From: Octopus sinensis
Taxonomy: Eukaryota
DNA length: 64,000 nt
NCBI RefSeq assembly: GCF_006345805.1
Contig: NC_043008.1
Location: 63,612,001 to 63,676,000 of the forward strand
Direction: 5' to 3'
The translations under genes were made by a program, and so were the position numbers. The number at the start of each line of letters is the position of its first letter. Position 1 is the stretch's first letter. The notes under the pieces were generated by a model. The model was given only the letters and a program-made list of their open reading frames with translations. It was not told the DNA's origin and made no database searches. Shown one piece after another: positions 1 through 13,060 of this stretch.

Positions 1-9
1 GGATGTAAA

Positions 10-245
10 CACACCAAGGGTGAGACAAACACAGACACACAAACATATGCACACTCATATATATATGCATATACATATATACAACGGGCTTCTTTCAGTT
101 TCCATCTACCAAATCCACTCACAAGTCTTTGGTCAGCCCAAGGCTATAGTAGAAGACACTTGCCCAAGGTGCCATGCAGTGGGACTGAGCCCGAAACCAT
201 GCAGTTCGTAAGCAAGCTACTTACCACACAGCCACTCCTATGCCT
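10..245 (-). mobile_element. tRNA-headed SINE (family A), partial
   Basis: The minus strand reads ggagtggctgtgtggtaagtagcttgc...ggtttcgggctcagtccc (Pol III A/B-box-like) followed by cttgggcaagtgtcttctactatagcc. It matches the copies at 53181-53586 and 58630-59052. Confidence 0.85.
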
Positions 246-450
246 ATGATCATCCTGTCTTTTTAAATGTGTCTTTTTGACAGCTGTATCTAATGTACTT
301 TTCTTCTTACTGAAAATGATAAGTAGTGATTTGAGGAAAATTTGGCTACTACTCCTAGCATGTTGAACCCACTTCCAGAAATGCAGTTGAATGGCTTTTA
401 GTCATGTGTTCAAGAGACGCTGCAGAGAGAATACTGTAAATATTATGTAT

Positions 451-679
451 TTAACCCTTTAGTGTTTAAACTGGCCATATCTGGCCGAAGTTTTCTACCT
501 ATTTTATGTTTAAACTAACCAGATCAGGGCTCTCACAACTAACCTACATTGACATTATAAAAAAAAAACAATCACATCATTGAAACCTCAAAACTATAAG
601 ATAATACATGATTAATTAAAAACAATTTGAGTAAAAAAATATTACATTTAACAGCGTAATCTGAACACTAAAGGGTTAA
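451..679. mobile_element. piggyBac-like MITE
   Basis: TTAA (451-454) + CCCTTTAGTGTT ... AACACTAAAGGG + TTAA (676-679): a 12-bp TIR between TTAA target duplications, with no coding capacity. Confidence 0.8.
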
Positions 680-1118
680 GGCACAACAGACTTGGGATTA
701 GAACGTCTGAGAAAAGAATAGCAAGGCAGATTATTCAAGCTAAGTCAACTAGCAAGAGATCTGGGAAAAGACCACAAAGGAAATGGTTGGTTAGTATCCA
801 TAGTCTCAGATGGTCATGTTTGGGAATCAAGCCAGAAAGTCAATGACAGTTGCTTCTGATGGGACCATATTGAGGAAGTGTCTGACATCTCTACTCTAAC
901 AACTTTCATAGGAATAGCAGACAGAGAAGATGGATGGATGGATGGATGGATGGCTAAGGTAGCTTAATTTGAAAATATTGAGAAATTTAAAACAGAAACT
1001 CTTTTAATTGTTTGTTAAAATGACTGTCTTGCTAAATTGATTTCAATATTAAATTATTAGTGTGTTAATTGCATTTCATTTCATTGATCTGCTATACTAT
1101 AGAAAATACCTATAGGTT

Positions 1119-1347
1119 AAGGCAACAAGCTGGCAGAAACGTTAGCACACCGGGCGAAATACTTAGCGATATTTCGTCTGCTGCTACATTCTGAGTTCAA
1201 ATTCCACCGAGGTCAACCTTGCCTTTCATCCTTTCGGGATCGATTAAATAAGTACCAGTTACACACTGGGGTCGATATAATAGATTTAATCCGTTTGTCC
1301 TTGTTTGTCCCCTCTATGTGTAGCCCTTTGTGGGCAATAAAGAAATA
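1119..1347 (+). mobile_element. tRNA-headed SINE (family B) with 18-bp TSD
   Basis: Core gcctttcatcctttcgggatcgattaaataagtaccag is shared by about 10 copies in the window. Direct repeat agaaaatacctataggtt at 1101-1118 and 1348-1365. Confidence 0.9.
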
Positions 1348-1416
1348 AGAAAATACCTATAGGTTTTTGAGCCAACACTGTATATTATCATACAACAAGT
1401 ATAAAGAATGCAAAAG

Positions 1417-1770
1417 TAGGCATGGTAGTATGGTTAACAAGTTCACTTTGCAAACACCTGGTTTCAGGTTCAATCCCACTGCATAACACCTTCAGCAGAT
1501 GTCTTCTACTGTAGCCTTGAGCCTTGTAAATGAAATTGGTATGCAGAAATTATGTGTCTGCATGTGTGCCTGCACATGTTTTTGTGTTTGTGTGTGTGTG
1601 TGTGTGTATGTGTGTGTATCTGTTTGTCTCCCAACCACCACCACTACTAGCACATGATTACCGGTGTTGGCTTGTTTAGCACTTAACCAAAACAGACTAA
1701 TAGAATAAATAACAAATATAATAAAATAATAAATAAATATGAGTTGATTTCATGGACCAAATGCTTCGAA
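1417..1770 (+). mobile_element. SINE family A, decayed
   Basis: Head ggtttcaggttcaatcccactgc, an internal (TG)n tract and tgtttgtctcccaaccacc, as in other family A copies. Confidence 0.7.
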
Positions 1771-2021
1771 TCTGTGCCCCAGGAACATGTAAAAAAATCA
1801 TAAAAGAATACATATTTTTTTTATCAATCAAATGAAATACCATTATTTTTTATTTGAAAAGTTTCCAAGAAATTGTTAAACATGTGAATAGGCTTAAAAT
1901 GTATTTTACTCTGAGAGAGAGAGAGAGAGGCTCTTTATTACCAGTAAAGGTAGTAGCATTATGCCTGATGTACTAACATTTCTGCCAGCTTGCTGCTTTA
2001 TTAAACTGGATAATATTAATT

Positions 2022-2172
2022 ATCATCATCATCATCATCATCATCGTCATCAACATCATCATCATCGTCATCGTCATCAGCCTCATCATCATCATCGTCA
2101 TTGTCATCGTCATCGTCATCGTCATCGTCATCATCATCCGCATCATCATCATCATCATCATCGTCGTCATCG

Positions 2173-2228
<56 letters not shown>

Positions 2229-2241
2229 GTCATCATCATCG
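2022..2241. repeat. (CAT)n/(CGT) trinucleotide microsatellite
   Basis: Visible directly. It explains the poly-His, poly-Asp and poly-Met ORFs at 1961-2341. Confidence 0.98.
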
Positions 2242-2550
2242 TTATAACTAACTTTAATGTCAACTTTTCTATGCATAGATGGGTTGAAATAAAATTTGTT
2301 GAAGCAGATATTTTGGTGATGGATACCCTTCCTATCATCAAATCTTACCCGTTTCCACTTAATATGATATTTTTCCCTTGTTCAGAAGTGATTACATAAA
2401 AAGATTAAAATCAAAGAGCATTGCTTACAACAATGAACTTTATTTGACAATGATCATGTGAGGTTAAGAGAAAGAGACATGACATCCTGGCACATAAATA
2501 AGAATATATAAATAAACATACATCTCTCTCCCTCCTTCTTTCACTCTCTT

Positions 2551-2585
<35 letters not shown>

Positions 2586-2605
2586 ATATATAAATATATA
2601 GTAGT

Positions 2606-2960
2606 GGGGGACAAACACAGACACAAAGACACAAACACATATCCATTGGGTTGCCTACACTTTCCGTCTACCAAAACCATTCACAAGACTTTGGTTGATA
2701 TGAGGCTATAGTAGAAGACACATGCCCAAGGTGCCACGCAGTAGGAGTGAACACAGAACCACGTGGCTGGAAAGCAAACTTCTTACCACACTGCAACATA
2801 AGGCTTCCTTCATTTTCCATCTACCAAATCCATTCACAAGGCTCTTGTTGACCTAATGCTATCATATAGTCAAAGACATTTGTCCAATATACCATTCTGT
2901 GGGAGTGATCCCAAAACTTGGTGGTTAGGAAGCAAACTTCTTAACTACACAGTCATACTT
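2606..2960 (-). mobile_element. two adjacent family A SINE fragments
   Basis: The motif ttttccgtctaccaaa..cacaag..gctatagtagaagacac.tgcccaaggtgccac occurs twice. Confidence 0.75.
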
Positions 2961-3001
2961 GCCATTGGATATCAACCTCATTAAATTAGATATTTACCAA
3001 A

Positions 3002-3328
3002 TCTCTATATATAAAGCTAAAGTTATCTGTGTATGGCAGGTTTGGTAGCCTTCAACTGACACTATCTCCAAGACCCTGCGGCACAAAATTCAAATCGGAC
3101 CATGTTAACACCAAAAATTATTTACATCAAAAGGTGCTTTTTTTCTATGAAAATCCCTATTTTTTACGATTTTTTGACTGCTGTGTCGCCATTTTTCGAT
3201 GTATTTCAACCAGAAAAATGTTCACTTAAAGAGAATAACAAGCTGCATAATGCAAACTTTTTACTTTTCAAAACTTCCAATTCTAAAGGGTCGAAACAAA
3301 CCCGAGCAATGCTGGGCGATACTGCTAG
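3002..3328 (+). mobile_element. non-autonomous Helitron
   Basis: Starts TCTCTATATATAAA after an A. Ends with hairpin cccgagcaatgctggg and then CTAG (3325-3328) before a T. The A^T target, lack of TSD and these termini are established Helitron hallmarks. Confidence 0.8.
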
Positions 3329-4969
3329 TTAATTTAAAAGGCATGAAGTAAATATAGGGTGAAACGAAAAAACCTCTCACATTTTACAAATTGACAAAAG
3401 GCTCAACAATAAGTGCAAGATTTCCCATCAATCCAAAGCATGATGAGAACTAAAACTGACAAAGCTTTAGCTACATGAAGGTACTGTTGCCATGTACCCA
3501 ACTTTAATAGGCTCACACCTATGGCTGTGTAAAATATGAGAAGTTTCCAGTTACACTCTATATATGTTCTTCATAGAACTTTCGAGTTTGTACAAGTTTT
3601 TAAAGTAGCTAAGATATTTTCCTGATGTAGCAAACAGATCATGTCAAAGATTTGAAAATTGACATATCTTGAGGCTAATGAAAATTTGCACAAACTACAA
3701 TTATTTGCTTAATTTATTAAGAATGATGTGAACTCAAAAGTTAATTTGCTGGAAGTTCAATGCATTATATAAGATTTATCTCACTTTCAAAGTGAACTAT
3801 TAAAAATGCCAGCAGGCAAGGTTTTCTTTATATTAACCAAGTAATTATTAAAGCAACTAACACAGAAAACCTTGTGTTATTATTCCTGTGCAGAATACTA
3901 TAGTACATTAAATTGCATTTATCTTTCAATTTAACACATTGTAATTTGTGCAATTAATTGTTCCTTAATCTATTATTAGTTGTCACACAACTAGTGTATT
4001 ATGTATATTCCAATATGGAACAGAAACATTTTATTGCAAGTAATACGTAGCCCAGAACACAATGAGAAAATTTAATTAAAGCAGGACAGAAGCGGATTTT
4101 CAAACTAACCTCTGTAAGTTTAAAATGATGTAAAGTTTGTCAATCTGAACCATGAGCTATTTGATTTACTAAAAGAAAGACATTATTATAAGTGTGTTGC
4201 AGTGTTGTGATGAAATCAAAATTAGCTGCACAATGTTAAAGGGAAACGGGGTAATCACAATTTGATTTGTTCTGAAAGTTTCGAGACAACAGCTAAAAGT
4301 TTCTATTTAAACGATGTTTTAAATTTGGGAATAAATTGCAAAGTGGGATATTAGCTACTCATTCATTTATTTCTGATGATTTAATTAGCAGAGTGCTTTC
4401 AGGGGTTTAAAATGGGTTGTAATGGTTTGGAAGTAATTGGCAGAAGCAACCTGACTGAAGCCCTGTCTTTAACTACACATTCTTAAAAACATTGACTAAC
4501 ACTGGTAAATAACCTGTATGATCCCTCTGTGTGCTATAACCAGCAAGAGGGCCTCTACAAGGTCAGTCAACCTCTTAAAATAGCAACTAAATCCCCACTT
4601 CAGGTTATACCCTACTATATTAAAAAGTGACGTATTTGATATCTTAAGCTGAACTGATCTTTGATTAAAATAGGATGCTCGTGGCAAGAATGCCTTTGAT
4701 CATAGATACTTTCATTAAAAGTCAGTCTGGTTTAATCCAAAGTCAATGTCAATAACAGTCAGTGTCAAATAACATCCACCTTCTCCTCAACCACTACTAG
4801 GATTAGTGACCCTGAAAAGATGATGAATCATTTCCTTTCATTCTCTGACACAGGCATTAAATGAAAAAAATAAAAGCAATCAGTCATGTGATTTACATGC
4901 TTAATTGCATTTTGTGTTGTGTGTATGCATGTGTGTGTGTGCGTGTGCATATGTGTATGTGAGTGTCTT

Positions 4970-5058
<89 letters not shown>

Positions 5059-5142
5059 TTGTGTGTGTGTGTCATTAAATATGCTTGATTAAAAAGCAGC
5101 AAAAATATCACAAAAACTGTTACTCAGTTCTCATTCGTTGGA

Positions 5143-5230
<88 letters not shown>

Positions 5231-5235
<5 letters not shown>

Positions 5236-5488
5236 TAAATTAGAGATAAAACCACTATTGGGCAAATCATACAATGAAAAACTTAAGCCAATACATAAGA
5301 TTAATTAATTTATATTATATATATAATTTATATTCCAGCCATGAAACGATCGTAGTGTTATACTCATTATCTTTTTTAATAATTTTGATATATATTTAAA
5401 ATAATATAAATTAATTAATCTTATGTATTGGCTTAAGTTTTTCATTGTATGATTTGCCTAATAATGGTTTTATCTCTAATTTAATATA
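5231..5488. repeat. 87-bp inverted repeat (foldback) in (TA)n, with a hammerhead 3' half in the spacer
   Basis: Arms 5231-5317 and 5402-5488, about 2 mismatches and no indel. The spacer contains GAAA-CGATCG-T-A at 5343-5354. Confidence 0.85.
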
Positions 5489-5989
5489 ATATAATATTTT
5501 ACTATAAAATTGGATTCAATCCTAAATCTGATTTTTCCCTGTAAGTTTGGATTTATTCCCTAATATTTTATTATATATATATATATATATCACACGTGCA
5601 TCCTTGTTACATGAGAAAACTTACTGAAGGCTTACTGAAATGATTCATAATTGTTGCCATGTGATGCCTTTATATGACTTTTAAGCTTGGCCAATCTTTT
5701 ACGTATTTTATTACATACTAGACAACTGTGCTGGCTGGCAGGAGAAACAGGTGCCACCATATGCACTCTCTTAATATGTCTTTTTAGACATCCAACTGAG
5801 AGGCACGCCCTTCCACATTTTACACACGTTTGTTATGAATTTTAATAGCCACATCATTGTTTATTATGGGTCAATTTCTATGAGAATTTTTATGGCTCAC
5901 CAGGCCTACACAACTGAAACACCTCCGCCCACAAACCACACATATAAAAAGCAACACTCTCTCTCTTTCCACAGGTTCCCCTTTCTAAT

Positions 5990-6210
5990 CCCCCTTGTAA
6001 TTCTCTCATACTTCACTCTCTCTCTCTCAAACCTTGAACAACCCATCATGCACTATCTTCCTCTATCCATCATGGTCTTGTGCCTCCCTCGCCCAATTAC
6101 CAGCTGCAATTCCTGTCTGTATTAGAGCATTTTTAAGGCAATCCTTAAACCTTAGTTTAGGCTTATGCACTGGTCTCCTGCCATCTCCCATCTCACGAAC
6201 CTCCACATAA
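5990..6210 (-). mobile_element. RTE-clade LINE, C-terminal ORF relic
   Basis: Peptide GDGRRPVHKPKLRFKDCLKNALIQTGIAAGNWAREAQDHDG matches the RTE C-terminal G.RP.GRP.LR.KD...W...A.DR..W pattern. Confidence 0.75.
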
Positions 6211-6251
6211 CTAATATATAAGTAAATATATATATGTATATATGTATGTAT

Positions 6252-6344
<93 letters not shown>

Positions 6345-6464
6345 CGTAAAATATAGGGGAGTGAGATTTTTTAGAAATTCCACCACCAGTGGCCTAGCAT
6401 GTATAAAAAGTCAATAGACAACATATTTTCAATATAAAATAGTGTACATTTAAACACAAGAGAA

Positions 6465-7046
6465 AACTGCCTTCAATAGGCAGTTTTTACATGCTAGAAG
6501 AAGTAGTCAAAATCACCAAAACCATATTTAAGAGCAATCTTCAAAAGGAATGAAAAGTAAAAAACTTTTACCTTGTTATTTTATTCTGGACAGACCTAGA
6601 TTTCAAAATTTTTTAGCAAATAAAATAATTTGCCCGGTGAATTTTTCATCAGTGACTGCACCATAACACTAACATATAATTAAGAAACAAACAACACATG
6701 TCTCATCAATATACATTATAATTTTTCAAATTCACCGTGCAAGCGCAGTTTCAGTCGAGTGATACTGTATTTGAGTGGTGAATTTGAAAAATTATAATGT
6801 ATATTGATGAGACATGTGTTGTTTGTCTCTTAATTATATGTTAGTGTTATGGTGCAGTCACTGATGAACAATTCACCTGGCAAATTATTTTATTTGCTAA
6901 AAAATTTTAAAATCTAGGTCTGACCGGAATAAAATAACAAGGTAAAAGTTTTATGTTTCCTTCCTTTCGAAGATTGCTCTTAAATGTGATTTTGGTCGTT
7001 TTATCTACTTCTTCTAGCGTGCCAAAACAGCCTATTGAAGGCAGTT
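6465..7046. repeat. ~270-bp imperfect inverted repeat (foldback element)
   Basis: Arms 6465-6736 and 6777-7046 (aactgccttcaatagg.../...cctattgaaggcagtt), 40-bp spacer, with scattered substitutions between the arms. Confidence 0.9.
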
Positions 7047-7129
7047 ATATATATGCATATATATATATATAATCAGTTTCTGCTTGAAGCTTTGGCCATG
7101 CTGGGACACCACCATTTTGCTACATTGTT

Positions 7130-7690
7130 GTTATTGAGAGCCTCCTCTTATATGTGGCATTTGGTGAATAAGGGAGTTTGATGTAGCTGCCCTCAGTTGT
7201 GCCTCCTGCTGTGAGGTAGGTCCATATGGGACTCTCAATAAGAAGAGATCCAGTTTTGATTTGAAAATATTTACATCCACTTTGTGTAGGTCCCTCAGTC
7301 TCTTTGGGAGAATATTAAAGAGCTGTGGGCCTCTGAAACCCAGGGGGCTGTAGTAACTGGTCTTGAAGCACGACAATCTTTGGTACTGTAGATCTTTTGT
7401 ACTGTTGAATCTTTGGCACTGTGCAGTATGAACCAATCCAAGCATTCATGTAGCTTTCAAAGCCAAAATTTGGCACAATCCTTTCCAGGATCTTCCAGAT
7501 ATTTTTTACTGCATATCTCTCCCACCTTCAATCCAGGAAGTAGAATCTTAGCTGTTTCAGCCTTTCCCCGTAGCTAAGCTGTTGCAATGAGAAGATCTTC
7601 TTTGTGAAGCTTCGCTGGATTACTTTAAGGTCCACTGTTAATTTTACACTGTAGGGTGACCATAGCTTGACACAGTATGTATACAAATTT
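7130..7690 (-). mobile_element. CR1/L2-group LINE 3' ORF2 relic
   Basis: Peptide FRGPQLFNILPKRLRDLHKVDVNIFKSKLDLFLLRVP, with upstream QRSFTKKI...LSYGERLKQL. A sister copy lies at 54500-54770. Confidence 0.85.
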
Positions 7691-7699
7691 TCAATCTAA

Positions 7700-8080
7700 T
7701 CTTCTGCAAGTTAAAATAGGATCCCTTGAGGGGGATCCTATCCTTCATGTAACACTAAGGTATATTCGGCCTGGTGAGTAGCTAGCAGAGTACCCCTCAT
7801 TGAGTAATTATTACATCAGAGGATCTGCCAGCTAGGGAACACATATAGACTGGATTTTATCTTCTCCATTCCCTAAATTTGGATTTTTCTTTGCATACAC
7901 AGTGACCCCAGTTGCTAACTGTTAACTATAAAATAACATTTTTCAGCTCATCGAACTTCAATATGGGAAAAATTTTAAAGCTTCTACGTCAATAAACCAA
8001 TTGTATTCTCAGAAGTTGTATTTTATACTTTCTACGAACTGCTTGAAGCTTGATTCTTGGATTTTACCTTTACATATTAC
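7700..8080 (+). mobile_element. Penelope-type repeat with degenerate hammerhead (same family as 52040-52205 and 52800-53175)
   Basis: GGC-CTGGTGA-gtagctagcaga...tctgccagctag-g-GAACACATAT at 7768-7850. A 10-bp hairpin lies at 7716-7741. The repeat ends in ttttacctttacatat plus (TA)n. Confidence 0.7.
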
Positions 8081-8103
8081 TATATATATATATATATATA
8101 TAT

Positions 8104-8337
8104 ATATTTCTTTACTACCCACAAGGGGCTAAACACAGAGAGGACAAACAAGGACAGACAAACGGATTAAGTCGATTACATCGACCCCAATGTGTAACTG
8201 GTACTTAACTTATCGATCCCGAAAGAATGAAAGGCAAAGTCGACCTTGGCGGAATTTGAACTCAGAACGTAACGGCAGACAAAATACGGCTACGCATTTC
8301 GCCCGGCGTGCTAACGTTTCTGCCAGCTCGCCGCCTC
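8104..8337 (-). mobile_element. SINE family B, full length
   Basis: Reverse complement of the 1119-1347 and 18516-18742 copies. Confidence 0.9.
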
Positions 8338-8347
8338 TATATATATT

Positions 8348-8492
<145 letters not shown>

Positions 8493-8512
8493 GTGTGTGT
8501 GTGTATGTGTGT

Positions 8513-8812
8513 GGAGGCACATGGCCTAGTGGTTAGAGCAGCGAACTTGTGGTCAAGGGATCACAAGTTTGAATCGCAGACAGAGCGATGTGTGTGTTTA
8601 TGAGTGAAACACCTAAGCTCCACACGGCTCCAGCAATAGGTAATGATGAACTTCTAATGACTCTTTCACCACAACTTTCTCTCACTCATTCCTCCTGCAT
8701 CTTCTAGCTCACCTGTGACAGACCGGCGTCACATTCAGGTGTGGAACCTATATGCAAAGGAAACTGGGAAACTGGCCCTAATGAACCAGGCATAGCTCAA
8801 GAAGGAACAAAC
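8513..8812 (+). mobile_element. tRNA-headed SINE (family C)
   Basis: Head ggaggcacatggcctagtggttagagcagcg...gtttgaatcgc and body aacacctaagctccac...caccacaactttctctcactc, shared with 31078, 41864 and 63457. Confidence 0.85.
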
Positions 8813-9430
8813 ATATACATATATATATGCACTCACATGCACACATGCACACGCATGCACATATATGGGCAGATAAGCTTGTGTGGTCAAGATAATGATG
8901 AAGACATATTGTATTGTTCAACCATTAAAAATAGACAAATATTCATGTCAGCTGCTCAAGATATTACAGGCATGTAAAATACATTTCTGATAAGTATGGG
9001 CATGTGTATGCTTGAGAGACAGAGACAGAGACAGAGATACAGAGAGATTATAGAAACAGAAAGTATGAGATTGTGAGAGTGAGAAATGATGAAGGAAAAT
9101 GTTGAAGTTCATACTTGTTCTCTAGAGGTATGTTTTGCCCATAGCACTACTAAAGAATTACTATAGAACATGAATACAAAATCACAATAAGTAGCCCAAT
9201 AGTGTCTGTGTGTGTGTGTGTGACATGTGTTTTGTGGTGTATGAATTTGCTACATTCTGCAAATAATCGTAGAAATTTGAACAGAAATTATTCAACATCA
9301 TGCAGAAAGGGATAATCAGTGTACATATCCACTTAGAAAATTAACATATACAGGTGTATATACATACATACATACATGAATATATTTACATATATGTACA
9401 TGCACATACACACATATATATGTATGGATA

Positions 9431-9476
<46 letters not shown>

Positions 9477-10379
9477 CATATGTGTGTGTATGTGTATATA
9501 TATTTATAGATATGCATATGTAAATATGTATATAAATATATATATATATATATGTATATAGGTATATGTATATATATATATATATAATATATATGTATAT
9601 ATGTATATATATATATAATATATATATATATATATTATATATATATATATATGTATGTATGTATATATATGTATATGCATAGAATATATATATATATATG
9701 TATATGTATATAGATGTCTGTATATATTTGTATGTGTGTATGTATAAATATTTATGAATGTATATATGTATATGTGTGTGTGTGCATATGTATTTATTTG
9801 TTTGTTTACATGTGTATGTGTATATGTGTATGCATGTATACAGTTAGATAAATAAATTCATGCATACACTTTTTTCTTTTTATTTTTAACCCAAGTGGTG
9901 AGAAAGATATTTTGCTTTTCTTGGCCTAATACTAACATATCGATTAGTTCCGAGGCTTTTTAAGAAGCACCAGAATTAATATTCCACACTCATCTTCCAT
10001 AAACATAAAATGATATTAATATTACTTTCAATTCAAGATAGAACTTCAAGGAAGTAATGCCTTCTAACTTGACTTACACAGAGCTGCCAAGTAACCATAA
10101 TTCTAGAATCAATATTCATCTTATTCTTTTTTGGTAACCTGGAATATAAACTAAGACTAGAAGCACTTAAGGTTTAGACATCTTGGTTCTATATTTTTAA
10201 TGTATTTTCTCAAAGACATTTATTCTAATAGTTCCAAAGAAATGCCACACTTTGCCTTTTATAAAAGAATTGACCTATACCAATCAATTCTCAAATAGAT
10301 CTTTTAAACAGTCAATGTAATTATTTTTTTCCTCAGTACTGCTATCATCCTGAGTGTGTACGCATTTGAGCATACATAC

Positions 10380-10426
<47 letters not shown>

Positions 10427-11023
10427 GTATATATATATACATATATTTGTATGTGTGTGTGTGTGTGTGTGTATACATATATTTATGATATTTATATCTA
10501 TATCTATCTATAGATAGATATGCATATGTATATATAAATATATATATATATATATATAAGTTGAAAAAATTTGGTGCAACAGATACATTTGGATATGCAT
10601 TTTGTATATGGGTGTATATTTATATATGTATATGGGTGTGTGTGCATGTATATATGTGTGTGTGTATGTATATATATATATGTTTGTATGTATATATTTA
10701 TTTATATGCACACATGCCTATATAGAGAACTATATATGTGTTTATGAGTACTTGTGAATGTATGTTAGTTTTTGTTTGCATGTGTGGGTGTACAAGTGGA
10801 CATGTACGTGCATGCATGCATGTGGGTGTGTTTGTGTGTATCTGTGTGTGTGCAAATATATGTATGTTTGCTGGAACAAAATCATCAATAATCATATTTG
10901 TTGTTATTTAATATATATATATGTTCTTTATCAGATTTTGGCAAATGGTGACAAGCAATGAAGAGACATTATTAGGGTAGTGAATAATCCTCACACACAC
11001 ACACACTCTCTCTCTCTCTCTCT

Positions 11024-11063
<40 letters not shown>

Positions 11064-11627
11064 TTCTCCTTCACTCTACTTTCTGCTCCTCTCTCTCTCT
11101 TTCTTTGTCTCTCTGTCTTTCTCTCTCTCTCTCTCCAAACTTTATTCTTGAGTAGTTTGTCTGATTTTTCCCTACCTCTCAAGAATTTTACCAGTGATGT
11201 TATAAAAATCAATTCTGCATTAATAACTACTTACCAAAAAAAAAAAAAAAAAATGAATAAGCAGAGAAAAATATAAATATAACTAATAATAAATAAACAA
11301 ATATATATAAAAAAAAATTTCATTAAATGCAGATTTAATGATTTTATTTGAACTGTAAAAGTGAATCCACTTTGCTCAGAAAATTTGACATTTATTATAA
11401 ACTGTTAATAGTCTGGTTTTGCCCTTTTTACAGGCAAGTCCATTTCCAATGACAAAGTTGTCATTTATAACAAAACTACAAGAAATTAGTAAAGTTATGT
11501 TCTATGAAGTAGTCATTTATGATGAAGGCTTCCGATTTTATAAGGATGTCCGTGATGACTTTAGTTGAAATCAAGGATAGAATTTCAATTCAAATAACCA
11601 CTTTTTTAATATACATACGCACATGTG

Positions 11628-11658
<31 letters not shown>

Positions 11659-11893
11659 ATGATACATTTGTATGTATATATGTGTGTGCATTCATATGTA
11701 TTTATATATGTATATATATATATATGTAATATATAATATTTATATATATATATAATATATAATATATGATATAAGTTATATGATGCATAAAAACATGTAA
11801 TATACAAATAAGTATCTGTAAATATAAAACCATCCGAATTTCTGAGTACCTCATTTCTTCTAATATAAAATACCTGTACATCATCTCCAAACC

Positions 11894-11959
<66 letters not shown>

Positions 11960-12043
11960 GTATGTCTGTGCATATGCATGTATTCGAGTGTATGTGCATT
12001 CATAAATACATATACATACATATGGGAGTATGCACGCATATAT

Positions 12044-13060
12044 ATCATCATCATCATTATCATCATCGCTTAACATCCATTTTCTATGTTGGACGGTTTG
12101 ACTGAGGACTGACAAGCCAGTAGGCTGCTCCAACCTCCAATCTGATCTGGCAAGGTTTCTATAGCTAGATGCACTTCCTAACAGCAACTATTACAAGAGT
12201 GTAGTGGGTGTTTTTTTATGTGCCACCGGCATAGGAGCCAGTCAGGCAGCACTGGCATCAACCACGTTCGGATAGTGCTTTTTATGTGCCACTGGCACAG
12301 GAGCTAGTTTGTGGTGGAGACTGGCATCGACCACGTTCTGATGGTGCATTTTACTTGCCTCCAGCATGGGGAGCCAGTCAGGTGGCACTGGCATCAGCCA
12401 TAACTACAATTTCCATTTTGATTTCGATCTTAATTTGGTTTTGATTTTCGTTTCTGATTTTTGATTTTACTTGACTCAATGGGTCTTCTCAAGCACAGTG
12501 TATCACTCAATGAGTCAGGGGTACTTTTAAATGGACTGGTTATGCAACACTGGTATAGGCTACGGCTGTGATCTCACTTTACTTGCTGGGTCTTCTCAAT
12601 CACAGAATATCTCCAAAGGTCACGGTCTCTTGTCATTGCTTATGTGAGGCCCGACATTGAAATGTTGTGCTTCACCACCTCATTCCATGTCTTCCTAGGC
12701 CTTCCTCTACCACGGGTTCCTTCCACTGTTAGGGAGTGACACTTCTTCATACAGTCAACCTTTCACATTGAACAAGAAGCCTTTTGTTGCCAGCAGAGGT
12801 AGGAGCTTTCTTAACTTTGCCCAGGCTATTCATATTCTAGTAGCTTTGCTCTCAGAGCATCCACCCCCACTACAGTCTTGGTCACCTAGTTAGTGGAAGC
12901 TATCAACTACTTCGACTTTCTCCCCCTGGCATGTGATGGAATCTGTTTTCTGAACATCTTTGATATTTATTGTCTCTGTGCACCTGCTGCACACAAAAAC
13001 TATCATCCTGGTTAGATTTTCCTTGATATTGCTGCACCTCTTATGTGTCCATAGCTTACA
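12044..13060 (-). mobile_element. RTE-type LINE 3' portion with (GAT)n tail
   Basis: Minus-strand ...AMTRDRDLWRYSVIEKT resembles an RTE ORF end. The 3' UTR ends in gttaagcgatgatgat and is shared with 17957-18150 and 25430-25680. Confidence 0.8.

Noticed and set aside
1961-2341. Poly-His, poly-Asp and poly-Met ORFs
   Set aside because: All three are frames of one (CAT)n microsatellite, with no non-repetitive coding context.
3330-4330. Possible hAT-like transposase relic
   Set aside because: It looks coding-like, but I found only a faint ERSFS-like echo and no TIRs; too weak to call.
9105-10139. Short minus-strand exon-like segments (e.g. LPKKNKMNIDSRIMVTWQLC; NSLVVLWAKHTSREQ)
   Set aside because: The phases do not chain and the peptides are not recognisable.
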